A DNA stretch of 32,734 nt from Klebsormidium nitens (lineage: Eukaryota; Plantae; Klebsormidiophyceae), in assembly GCA_000708835.1 (NCBI GenBank), contig DF237738.1, positions 1 to 32,734 of the forward strand, in the 5' to 3' direction. The position numbers were made by a program, and so were the translations under genes. The notes under the pieces are model-generated. The model ran no database searches, was not told the origin of the DNA, and was given only the letters and a program-made list of their open reading frames with translations. Positions 17,950-26,653 of this stretch are shown in pieces. Every line of letters begins with the position of its first letter. Position 1 is the first letter of the stretch.

Positions 17950-18735
17950 TCACTTTGACTTGCGCACCCTGATGCCGTTGCTGGTGACAACGACCTCGTT
18001 TCTCTTTTGCAGCTCTGAATCTGCGTACGTGCGATTGTGATGTGCCCAATATGCCGGCGCCCCGATCTTGAAGTGCTCGTGGATGTCTGCCTTGTACCAG
18101 AATATTGCATCGGTCGGTTCCGTGCTCTGGACGGTGTTGTCCAACACGAGGCATTCGTGCTTGCTGGTACACGCCTTGAAGACCGCCTCAAACTGTGAGA
18201 ACGTCTTGAACACGCCAAACAGGTGGTCGTAGTACCTCTTACGGTTGGCGAGGATCGGGTCGTTGTATATGAAGACGTAATCAATGTTGGATCGGACGGG
18301 TGGAGGTATGTCCATGATGTACTGAGACGCCAAGATGACCATGAGGCCGAAATGGCGGCCATTCATGTATAGATAGCGCATGGTGTCAGACTTCATGATG
18401 TTTTGCTTGAAGAGGCAGTCATCCAGGAGGAGGAAGACGCTGGAGTCTTTGACCTTGAGTCTCGTGAGATTCTTCTGCCTGGCGATTAGTTTTTTGATGA
18501 TCTCCTCGTCGAAGGTGTCGTATATGAAACTGTCTGGTATGAACTTGCGGTAGAAGCCGTTGCCGTCCTCTGAGCCGCTTATGACGATTCCGGCTGGAAT
18601 CTGCCGCTTGTGGTACAGTATGTCGGCTATGAGGGTCGTCTTCCCGACGCCCCGTCTGCCAATGACTACGACCGTCTTGTGGTCCTGAAGCTTTGACATG
18701 TCAAACTTTTTGATGTTGAAATCGCCTGCAGCCAT
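17950..18735 (-). CDS. A32-like virion DNA packaging ATPase
   Basis: Walker A GRRGVGKT, ISGSEDGNGFY, Walker B LLLDDC, MNGRH. ATG at 18735. Confidence 0.95.
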   Translation of the reverse strand: MAAGDFNIKKFDMSKLQDHKTVVVIGRRGVGKTTLIADILYHKRQIPAGIVISGSEDGNGFYRKFIPDSFIYDTFDEEIIKKLIARQKNLTRLKVKDSSVFLLLDDCLFKQNIMKSDTMRYLYMNGRHFGLMVILASQYIMDIPPPVRSNIDYVFIYNDPILANRKRYYDHLFGVFKTFSQFEAVFKACTSKHECLVLDNTVQSTEPTDAIFWYKADIHEHFKIGAPAYWAHHNRTYADSELQKRNEVVVTSNGIRVRKSK

Positions 18736-18767
18736 GGCTTTTGGACGGAAAAAAACGGGCACACATA

Positions 18768-19046
18768 TCAGCGCAATTTGAGCGCCAGGGTAGATGTTTT
18801 TGGCAATACCCTCTCACCAATCAGGATTACTCCAGCTGCAACGGCGCCGATGACTACCAACTCTTGATCCGAAATGGCCGCACCGTACACGGGTGCGTAG
18901 CGCACTATCGCAGCTACCACCAGGCCGTAGATGACGTATTTGGCCAGAACTATGATCACGTGCCTGAGGCTGCAGAGGCCACTGTTGTAGTCTTCGTCGT
19001 AATTTTCCTCGTAATTCTCCTCGAACGACTCTTGGTGTGGGTCCAT
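18768..19046 (-). CDS. Small two-TM membrane protein of the kind found beside NCLDV A32 ATPases
   Basis: KYVIYGLVVAAIVRYAP...ELVVIGAVAAGVILI pattern; immediately upstream of the ATPase. Confidence 0.6.
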   Translation of the reverse strand: MDPHQESFEENYEENYDEDYNSGLCSLRHVIIVLAKYVIYGLVVAAIVRYAPVYGAAISDQELVVIGAVAAGVILIGERVLPKTSTLALKLR

Positions 19047-19144
19047 CTTAGCGATATAATACGACAAGAGAAAAAACACCGGTGGGGGCCTGGCGAAGTG
19101 CTCCTCGCGTGCGTTTGGCATTGACTTAATTCCCCACAGATGGC

Positions 19145-19576
19145 ATGGCTACCGAGCTGTATCTGGATGAGGATCCGTTGAAAGTATCTGGTATCAGCTT
19201 TGCGATCGTGAGCTTCGCCACCCCGAACGGCCCTCAAAAGTGCTCGACCTTCGGCCTCAAGATCCGCGGGGCCTTTGACACCTTGGAAGACGCGAACGCG
19301 CACGTGAAGAGATTGATTGCATTGGATCCAAATTTCGACATCTTCGTAGTGGATTGCTACCGCTGGCTGCGCATGCCTCCGGACCCAGAGGTCATCGACA
19401 AACAGATCTATCAGGACCCCCAGTTGAATGCGATAATGGCAGGCCACAAGGACGAGCAGTTGAAGGCCAAGGCCCACTTTGAGGAGAGGAAGCGTCAGGT
19501 GATGGCGGAGGGTCTCGACGCGGTGGCGGAGGAAGGAGGTGGAGGGGCCAGCACCTCAGCTGGGCCTTCGCAGTAA
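19145..19576 (+). CDS. Conserved NCLDV protein (DUF5832-like; label from memory)
   Basis: Motifs YLDEDP..., SFATP, GLKIRGAFDT.E.A, DP.FDIFV and Y....LN.IM. Confidence 0.65.
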   Translation: MATELYLDEDPLKVSGISFAIVSFATPNGPQKCSTFGLKIRGAFDTLEDANAHVKRLIALDPNFDIFVVDCYRWLRMPPDPEVIDKQIYQDPQLNAIMAGHKDEQLKAKAHFEERKRQVMAEGLDAVAEEGGGGASTSAGPSQ

Positions 19577-19593
19577 AACCTCGTTCAATTCAT

Positions 19594-20010
19594 ATGGACG
19601 CTTCTGCCTTGGTGAACGCGGCGATGAAGCTCGACCCAAAAGTACTGGTTCCCATTCTGTTGGGCTTGGGCCTCATCGCGTTCCTCAGTCCGCTGATCAG
19701 CGTGCTGCAGCTCTTTGGCATCCTGCTGGTGCTGACGGCAGCCCTGCTCTACGTTCGTCAGGACGATGTATCGAACAAGCGCAAGCGCCTGCAGCAGGGT
19801 AACAGGGATCTGGACCCCGCAACGGCCGCGATGGCTGCCGCAGAGGCGGCGACGGCCGCCGCCCGAGCTGCGAAAGGCTCGAAGCAAGTCGAGCTGTTGC
19901 CAACGTTGGACATGTTCTACGACAAGAGCAACATCGGGGCCTATATATCGGACAATATGTTTGGTGCGGCGTCTGCCCATGATTCGACACCACAGGCACC
20001 CCGGTCCTGA
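19594..20010 (+). CDS. Hypothetical membrane protein
   Basis: Two hydrophobic segments at residues about 15-50. Confidence 0.65.
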   Translation: MDASALVNAAMKLDPKVLVPILLGLGLIAFLSPLISVLQLFGILLVLTAALLYVRQDDVSNKRKRLQQGNRDLDPATAAMAAAEAATAAARAAKGSKQVELLPTLDMFYDKSNIGAYISDNMFGAASAHDSTPQAPRS

Positions 20011-20088
20011 GTCACTGCGCAGCGCTTGAGCTTAGGGATTACGGGTACTTAGGAGGATAGTGCGCTTCAATTAAGTAACCAATTATCT

Positions 20089-22728
20089 ATGTATTTATCA
20101 GGATCCATGAACCCCACGGCGTCCATCACGGCTACGATCAGGGACCTCGCAGGGGCAGAATTCTACGCCATTCCAGTCCGCATCTACCTGTCCTCGGGCA
20201 AGAAGAAGTCGCAGTTTCCACGCACGTGGAAGAACTTGGACACCGTCTCCACTTGGAAGGCCCAGATCGCAGACGTCATCAAGGAGTGCCCGAACGCGAA
20301 CAGCGTCGCGATATTGACGGGCATCAGCGACCTGTTTGTCCTCGACGTCGACCTCATGGCCTCCGCCGGCAAGAGGTCGGGTTTCGACCTGTGGGAGGTT
20401 CTGGTCGCCGAGCATGGTTCGCCCGACACGCTCCAGGCCAAGACGGGCTCGAACGGTCGGCATTTCTACTTCCGGAGGAACGACTCTACAGGATTAACGC
20501 GCCGCCGGAATTTCGCTGGCCTGAAATTTGAACGCGAGCGGTACGCCATCGATGGAAGAGGGGAGGGCGGAGTCATCTTCGCCCCTCCCAGCAGCTACAA
20601 GGACGAGGACGGCATCACCTACTCGTACGAGTGGCAGAACGGGGACCCACACTGTGGCTGCAACCCCATGCCACAGTGGCTGATCCAGTTGGTCAACTCC
20701 CAGGGGTCGGACGAGGTGCCCCCTCTGATCGGTGGCACTCCCGACGACGAGCCGCTGTCTCCCGAGCCCATATCGGCCCCGAGGAGCCCTGTCGTTGATT
20801 AGAGTGCCATCGTGCGCGAGATGCGGCAGCTCTTGCTAGAACGGGCCGGCGATTCCACGAGCACGTTTGGCGGCACGGTAGAGCACGGCTGTCTCGGCAC
20901 GTACTACTGCTTTCGAGTACATGGGCCCAGGCAATGCTACTTTGGTCGTCAGCATTCCGGCAGCAATAACTTTAACTGCCTCAAGAGGGGCAAACGTGTC
21001 TATGTGCGGTGCCATGGCAGCGAATGCAGCCATGAACCGCCTCGCTACCTCGGAGATCTGTCCCTACAGTCCTCATTGCTCGACGCCTGCCGCGAGCCCC
21101 TGCACGATGTGGACGACTACTCGGTCCTGAACGTGCGTCAGATGCAGGGCGAGGAGCTCCGCCTGTTGATCGCCTTCCTGACAGAGAACGTAGGAGACTC
21201 CTATAGCGGTCTCGGCCGTATCTTTGGCTACGTCTTCGCCAAGGACGGCCGGATCCTGGTCACCGGGCCCAAGAAGCAGTTCTACTACTGGAACGGCCGG
21301 GTCTGGGTGCTGGACGAGTCCAACCGCGTCGTCACCACCTTCTCCTACAAGATGTCGACGCTCTTCAAGTGGTACGACACCCGACGCGATCGGCGCTTCG
21401 AGCGCAAGCTCAGCGAGAAGGGCCTCGTGAACGGGACCGAGAGTGTTGCCCAAACGGTCGCAGCCCTCGATAAGCGAGGCTCCAAGGCCATCATCAAGGC
21501 CTGCTGGGACGAGGTGGACGCCGAGCTGCCGCCGAACCGCATCAACGTCAACTCCCCCAAGGAGGCCCGAGCTTGCCTTGACTACGTCACGAGCGTCTTG
21601 TACGATCCCGAGATGATCAAGCTCATGGATTGCGACATCGACTCGGTCGGCTGTCCGAACGGCGTCCTCGACCTGAGGACGGGCATTTTGAGCTTCGCGC
21701 ACCCGAGCCAGCTCTGCACCCGCTCGACCGGCGTACGTTACATGGGGTTGAGCCACAACACGGACCGCTTCGACGCGTTCGTGATGGATCTCTTCAACTC
21801 CGACGAATCGATCGTCCGGTGGCTCCAGCTGTTCCTCGGTTACGCTCTGACAGGTCATACCAGCGAGGAGATCTTTTGCATCTGGTATGGAGCCGGGAGC
21901 AACGGCAAGAGCGCTCTCAAGATGGCTCTCCAGAAGGCGTTCGGGTCATACTACACGCCCATGAGCAAGGACTGCATCATCAAGGCCGGTGGGAAGCGGG
22001 CCGAAGGAGCCGCCTCCAGCCACCTCGTTGCCCTCAAGGGCGCTCGTCTGGCCCTATGCGACGAGTCCGAGGAGAGCCAGGTCATCAACTCCGCTTGCAT
22101 CAAAGAGATGACGGGTGGAGGTGCGGTCACCTGCCGGGAGCTCTTCCAAAAGTGCGAGAGCTTCGTGCCGACGCACGCCAACGTCCTGCTCACCAACCAC
22201 AAGCCCAGCATAGCCGACGCCGACGGCGGCCTCCTGCGCCGGGTGTCCCTCCTCCCGTTCCGAAATTCCTACAAGGTCGCGGAGGAGGTCGACCCCAACG
22301 ACCCTCACTCCAAGCCGCAGTCCACGCACCTCAAGACGTGGCTGGAGAGCTCGGAGGGAGCCGAGGAGTGCCTGGTATGGGTCGTGCGAGGCAGCGTAGA
22401 ATGGTATGCTCGCCAAAGCGCCAACCCGGCCGCGAAGGTGCTGGCTCCGCTGCCGGCTCCGATGGCGGCCGCTTTCGACGAGTACTTGCGCGAGTTTGAC
22501 GACATGCGCATGTTCTTGAAAGAGTTTTGCGACATCGGGCCGACCTTCGTCGCTCCGTCTGCGGACCTTTTGGCTCGATTCAATGCGGAGATGAATTCCG
22601 ATCTCAAGGCACGCGCCTTTGGTATCGCTTTGACCAAGAGAGGATTTCAGCAGATCGAGTTTACTGTAGATAGGATCAGGCGTCGCGGATTCAAAGGACT
22701 GAAATTGCGAGATATGGCCACGGGCTAA
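20089..22728 (+). CDS. Prim-Pol (bifunctional primase-polymerase) / D5-type SF3 helicase, interrupted by an in-frame TAG at 20800-20802
   Basis: Prim-Pol motifs LFVLDVD, TGSNGRHFYF, IDGRGEGG and APPS. D5 motifs CPNGVLDLRTG, YGAGSNGKS, LCDES, KEMTGG and TNHKP. Both ORFs are in the same frame. Confidence 0.9.
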
Positions 22729-22730
22729 TC

Positions 22731-22785
22731 CGCGCGTACGAATGCTTACGGTTATGTTCCCTGGTAGAGTAGGTATACTTCGAAG
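22731..22785 (+). promoter_or_regulatory. Conserved 55-bp HNH leader (also at 6718-6772 and 17778-17832 on the minus strand)
   Basis: 93-95% identical across the three copies, directly before the HNH ATG. The function is inferred. Confidence 0.65.
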
Positions 22786-23910
22786 ATGGTGAAGCAACAG
22801 GAGCTCTCTCAGACAAAGGCAAAGGCAGCCAATCTTCAGAGGCCTCTCATCCCACCACCCCAGGAAGAAGCCCCATCCAATCAATGGAAGCAGCATCACG
22901 TCTACCTGGCCCACTACGGCAGGCCAGACGGGCAGATTTGGAGCGCCAAGGTCGGCAGGGTCCTCGAAGGTTACGTTGACCCCGATGGCTACTACCGTAT
23001 TACAATCGATGGGAAGCAGGTCCAACGGTCGCGCTTCAACCTGGCACTCTCCCTCGGACGCGCCATCCGAGAAGGATTCGACTGCGACCACATCGTCCCC
23101 GTGAGTAGGGGAGGTGGGGACGCCTGGTCCAATCTGCAGGAGCTGACGAAGGAGGCTCACAGGCGCAAGACGGCCGCGGACAACCCCGACGCGGGCACGA
23201 AGCGGGGAATCACGATGGGCATTTGCATCATCGCACGTCACACGGGAAACGGAGTCGGGTTGCGGTTCGATTCGGTGAAAGCGGTGGAGAGAGAGCTCGG
23301 GATCAGTCACGGAGTCATCGACAGGTCTCTGAAGGGTGCGACGATCACAGGCGACTATGTCTTCTCGTACACCCCGGAGCACTTGGCCGAGCAGGCCGAT
23401 CTGCCTGGCGAGATTTGGCGAGAGGCCGTTAGCCGCCTTGGTCTGCTCCCCAATATCAAGGCCAGCGACCGCGGTAGGATCCAGGACTCCAGAAGGAGGC
23501 GGAGCTACGGCTGCGACAAGCACGGTTACAAGGTGTTTGGGGCCGTGATCGATAAGAAGAGGGACCTCAAGGTGCACGACGTCATCGCGAGGACCTTCCT
23601 CGAACCCCCTCCCTCTTCGGAGCATACCCCCGACCACATCAACGGAGACCCATCCGACAACCGCGCCGAGAACTTGCGCTGGGCCACTGATACTGAGCAG
23701 GGCAGGAATCAGAAGTCAAATCGCCGCGTGGTGCAGCTCGATCTGATCACCGGAGAGCAGTTGGCTATCTTCGACAGTATTGCTGCAGCGGCAGAGACGG
23801 TTGGGATCTCTGCGTGCACTATCACGAATGTAGCAGGGGGGCGCGCCCTTACTGCCCGAGGTTTTGCGTGGCGGTATGCCGAGGATGCACTGCGCAGCGC
23901 TGTTGCTTAG
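22786..23910 (+). CDS. Tandem double-HNH endonuclease (intact, 374 aa), copy 3
   Basis: Same two HNH motifs as copies 1 and 2; ends in CTTAGGGACAT (23906-23916). Confidence 0.92.
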   Translation: MVKQQELSQTKAKAANLQRPLIPPPQEEAPSNQWKQHHVYLAHYGRPDGQIWSAKVGRVLEGYVDPDGYYRITIDGKQVQRSRFNLALSLGRAIREGFDCDHIVPVSRGGGDAWSNLQELTKEAHRRKTAADNPDAGTKRGITMGICIIARHTGNGVGLRFDSVKAVERELGISHGVIDRSLKGATITGDYVFSYTPEHLAEQADLPGEIWREAVSRLGLLPNIKASDRGRIQDSRRRRSYGCDKHGYKVFGAVIDKKRDLKVHDVIARTFLEPPPSSEHTPDHINGDPSDNRAENLRWATDTEQGRNQKSNRRVVQLDLITGEQLAIFDSIAAAAETVGISACTITNVAGGRALTARGFAWRYAEDALRSAVA

Positions 23911-23961
23911 GGACATGCGATACTTACGGAGATGTTAGGAGATCTAGAATAGTCAAGAATC

Positions 23962-25860
23962 ATGGCCAACTCCTCCACGATGACGTCAGTTTCAGCCCTC
24001 GAGAACAAGATTCAGTCCGCCGCCGACGCTTACCACAACTCCGCGAGTCCGACAATGTCAGATTCCAGCTTCGACGCCGCAATAGAACAACTGCGCGCGC
24101 TGGCTCCGCGCTCGGAGGTCCTCGATGCCGTGGGTGCGCCGGCGATGGGTGCCAAAGTTCCACTTCCTTTTCCAATGTACTCGCTTGACAAGGTGAAGCC
24201 AGGGAACGGAGCGCTGGCCAAGTGGGCTGGCAGGAACGCGGGGCCTTTCGTCCTCAGTGATAAGCTCGATGGCGTTTCGGCGCTGGTGGTTTGGAGACGC
24301 AATCCGGGCCAGAAGCAGTGGAAGGTCTCCATGTTCAGTCGCGGCAACGGCGTCGAAGGGACGGACCTGACCCACCTCAGCCACCTGCTGCCCAAGAAGC
24401 TCCGCATCCTGCCGAAGGCGCCGAAAGCCGATCTGTTTGCGGTGCGCGGGGAGCTCATCGTCCCCAAGGCCGACTTTCAGCCGGAGCTCGCTTCCGACGC
24501 CAGGAGTCTGGTGTCTGGGCTCGTCAACCGGAGAAATCTGGACGATGCAGCCATGAAGAAGCTGGCCCTGGTGCACTTTGTGGCGTACGAGGTAGTCTTC
24601 CCCAATCTCCCAAAGCAGGATCAGCTCAAGCTCCTCACCTCGTGTGGTCTGGAAATCGTGCCCGCGCGCGTGGAAGAGGCAGTGAGCGACAGCATTTTGG
24701 AGGCCTACTACTCGCAGCGGCTCAGCCTGTCAAAGTTTGCGATAGATGGCATAGTCGTCGACAGCGGCTCTGCTCACGCGCTCCCGACAAGCGGCAACCC
24801 AACGTACGCTGTCGCGTTCAAGAAGGAGCTGGAGCAGCAAGGAGGCGATACGACTGTCCTCGAGGTCGTCTGGGAGGCCTCCAAGGACTCCAAGCTGATC
24901 CCGCAAGTGCGCTACGAGCCCGTGAACGTTGGAGGCGTGATCCTGAAAGTGGCCACCGGGATAAATGCGCGCTTCATCGAGGCGCAAGGCATCGGCCCAG
25001 GCGCTCGCATCCACGTGATTAGGTCCGGATCAGTTATACCGAAGATCACCCGCGTCATCGAGGCCGTCGCACCTCAGATGCCGCCGGTGGAGTTCGTTTG
25101 GGACGCCAACCGCGTCCACGCAATTGTACTTGGCGATGATGAGGGCGTCGTCTGCAAGCGGATCGTCAAATTCTTCGTTGAGCTAGGGATCGAAAACATA
25201 AAAGAAAACTTGGTCCGCCGCTTCTACGAGAACGGCATGACGACCTTGGCATCCTATCTGGAGGCAGACGAGGCCAAGCTGCTGACGATGCCGGGCGTGA
25301 ACCTCACGCTGGCGAGCAAGCTGGTCAACAACATTCAAGCCGGCATCAAGGGCGCCGATCCGGTCAAGCTCCTGACGGCATCCAACTGCTTCGGCACCGG
25401 AGTGGGCCCTGTCCGCCTCGCTGCTGCCCTTAAGGCGTTCCCAGACCTTCTGGAGCGCGACATGGGCCGCCGCGAAGAGGTCTTGAGCGACCTTCGTGGC
25501 TTGGACGGGTTCTCATCCATCACCGCGGAGCGCATGGTCGTCGGCTTCATCGCCTTCTCTGCCTTTATGGCGGAGCACCCCCAGATTGTTCTCGGTGTTC
25601 CCGATGAGGAGATCGAGCAGGAGCAGGAGGAGGGTCTTCTGGGAATGGTTGCAGTCTTTACCGGCTTTCGCGAGCCGGTATGGGAGAAGGCCATCTTCGC
25701 AGCAGGCGGTAGAGTAACGACCAGCGTGTCGTCACAGACCACGATAGTCGTGGTGAAGGACCTGGAGGTGAAGGAGTCCGGCAAGGAGTCCAAGGCGAGG
25801 AGCCTAGGCATAAGGGTGGTAGATGCGCCCACGTTTGCTGAGGAGTTTGGATTTGAATAG
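23962..25860 (+). CDS. ligA: NAD-dependent DNA ligase (OB, HhH and BRCT domains; no obvious Zn finger)
   Basis: Motifs MYSLDK, KLDG, SRGNGVEG, VRGEL, IDGIVV, AFK, IRSGSVIP and BRCT VFTGFR...GG.V...VS. Confidence 0.95.
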   Translation: MANSSTMTSVSALENKIQSAADAYHNSASPTMSDSSFDAAIEQLRALAPRSEVLDAVGAPAMGAKVPLPFPMYSLDKVKPGNGALAKWAGRNAGPFVLSDKLDGVSALVVWRRNPGQKQWKVSMFSRGNGVEGTDLTHLSHLLPKKLRILPKAPKADLFAVRGELIVPKADFQPELASDARSLVSGLVNRRNLDDAAMKKLALVHFVAYEVVFPNLPKQDQLKLLTSCGLEIVPARVEEAVSDSILEAYYSQRLSLSKFAIDGIVVDSGSAHALPTSGNPTYAVAFKKELEQQGGDTTVLEVVWEASKDSKLIPQVRYEPVNVGGVILKVATGINARFIEAQGIGPGARIHVIRSGSVIPKITRVIEAVAPQMPPVEFVWDANRVHAIVLGDDEGVVCKRIVKFFVELGIENIKENLVRRFYENGMTTLASYLEADEAKLLTMPGVNLTLASKLVNNIQAGIKGADPVKLLTASNCFGTGVGPVRLAAALKAFPDLLERDMGRREEVLSDLRGLDGFSSITAERMVVGFIAFSAFMAEHPQIVLGVPDEEIEQEQEEGLLGMVAVFTGFREPVWEKAIFAAGGRVTTSVSSQTTIVVVKDLEVKESGKESKARSLGIRVVDAPTFAEEFGFE

Positions 25861-26298
25861 TTGTTTATAGCCCAAACGGGATACTCCCATTCAACCTTGA
25901 TGACCTCTTCCGCTACCGACTCGATCCATATCAGACACATATGTGTCCGTTTCATGCGTGCATGTCACCTCCGATGATTGCTATGTATGCCGAATTCTAG
26001 ACGGACTGGTCGCTGCATGTCACCTGCCTTGCAATTGCGTGGACATTTGGAGATACACGGATGGGGGAAAAAAGCATGATTTTCAAGCCCTTTCTACAGG
26101 GGCCGTTGTTTGTCATTTCAAACTTGATTACCTTTTGAAACTTGCGTGTCATCCGAGCACTTTCAAAAACTACTATTTTTTCCTTTACCCCCTCGAGAGA
26201 TTTTGCAAATCTCAAGTGGACGTACCGAAGTGCCGTTAAGGTCAGAGGTTGGTCCCAATTCCGTCTCAAACCCGACTGAAATAGGACCTTTAAGGTGA

Positions 26299-26580
26299 TC
26301 AACCAGAGAGGTCTATACCATCTTCTGGTCCTTGCGATCGTGCATCGGCCCGAAATGTCGGGGGTCTGGATTCGTTGGATTTTTGAGGGGGATCCCTCTC
26401 GTCTTCCAGATATTTCAGAAATTCTTGTTGTATGATTCTTTTCAAGATCTTTGCGTCATCTTCTTTCAGCCCATTCATCCATGTTGGTACGGCAATCTTC
26501 ACCTTCTCCTCTACAGCGTACAACCGCCTCACCCATTCTTTCTGTTTACTTGTCAGAATCGGCCATTCCGGTTTGCTCAT
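26299..26580 (-). CDS. Hypothetical protein (93 aa)
   Basis: ATG-started ORF divergent from the phosphoesterase; weak support. Confidence 0.35.
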   Translation of the reverse strand: MSKPEWPILTSKQKEWVRRLYAVEEKVKIAVPTWMNGLKEDDAKILKRIIQQEFLKYLEDERDPPQKSNESRPPTFRADARSQGPEDGIDLSG

Positions 26581-26653
26581 TTCCGTATACCATCATTTTT
26601 CTTCTCGCGTTCGAGGCCCCCCGATTTAACGGGTGATAGGGGAAAGGCGCGCG

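Larger units (their letters stand above)
20013..23913 (+). mobile_element. Putative composite element: primase-helicase + double-HNH, bounded by 26-bp direct repeats
   Basis: 20013-20038 CACTGCGCAGCGCTtgaGCTTAGGGA versus 23888-23913 CACTGCGCAGCGCTgttGCTTAGGGA (23/26). Confidence 0.55.

Noticed and set aside
22762-22785. Pol III A-box-like TGGTAGAGTAGG in the HNH leader, suggesting a tRNA/SINE or guide RNA
   Set aside because: There is no proper B-box at workable spacing and no cloverleaf.
22054-23637. 527-aa minus-strand ORF and similar long antisense ORFs (2214-3422, 14755-15336, 21073-21858, 27601-28365, 30260-30907)
   Set aside because: These are shadows of well-supported genes on the opposite strand or in another frame, expected in GC-rich coding DNA.
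6773-23910. Fanzor/IscB/TnpB RNA-guided nuclease interpretation of the HNH genes
   Set aside because: No RuvC motifs, PLMP domain or long conserved flanking RNA are present. The architecture is HNH plus NUMOD-like modules.
20089-25860. Intein or self-splicing intron in the primase or ligase
   Set aside because: There are no extra-long insertions or C/S...HN-C/S/T intein signatures. The HNH genes are free-standing.
25943-26302. Overlapping ORFs 25943-26239 (+) and 25997-26302 (-)
   Set aside because: They use non-ATG starts, have no motifs and conflict with each other. This may be decayed sequence.
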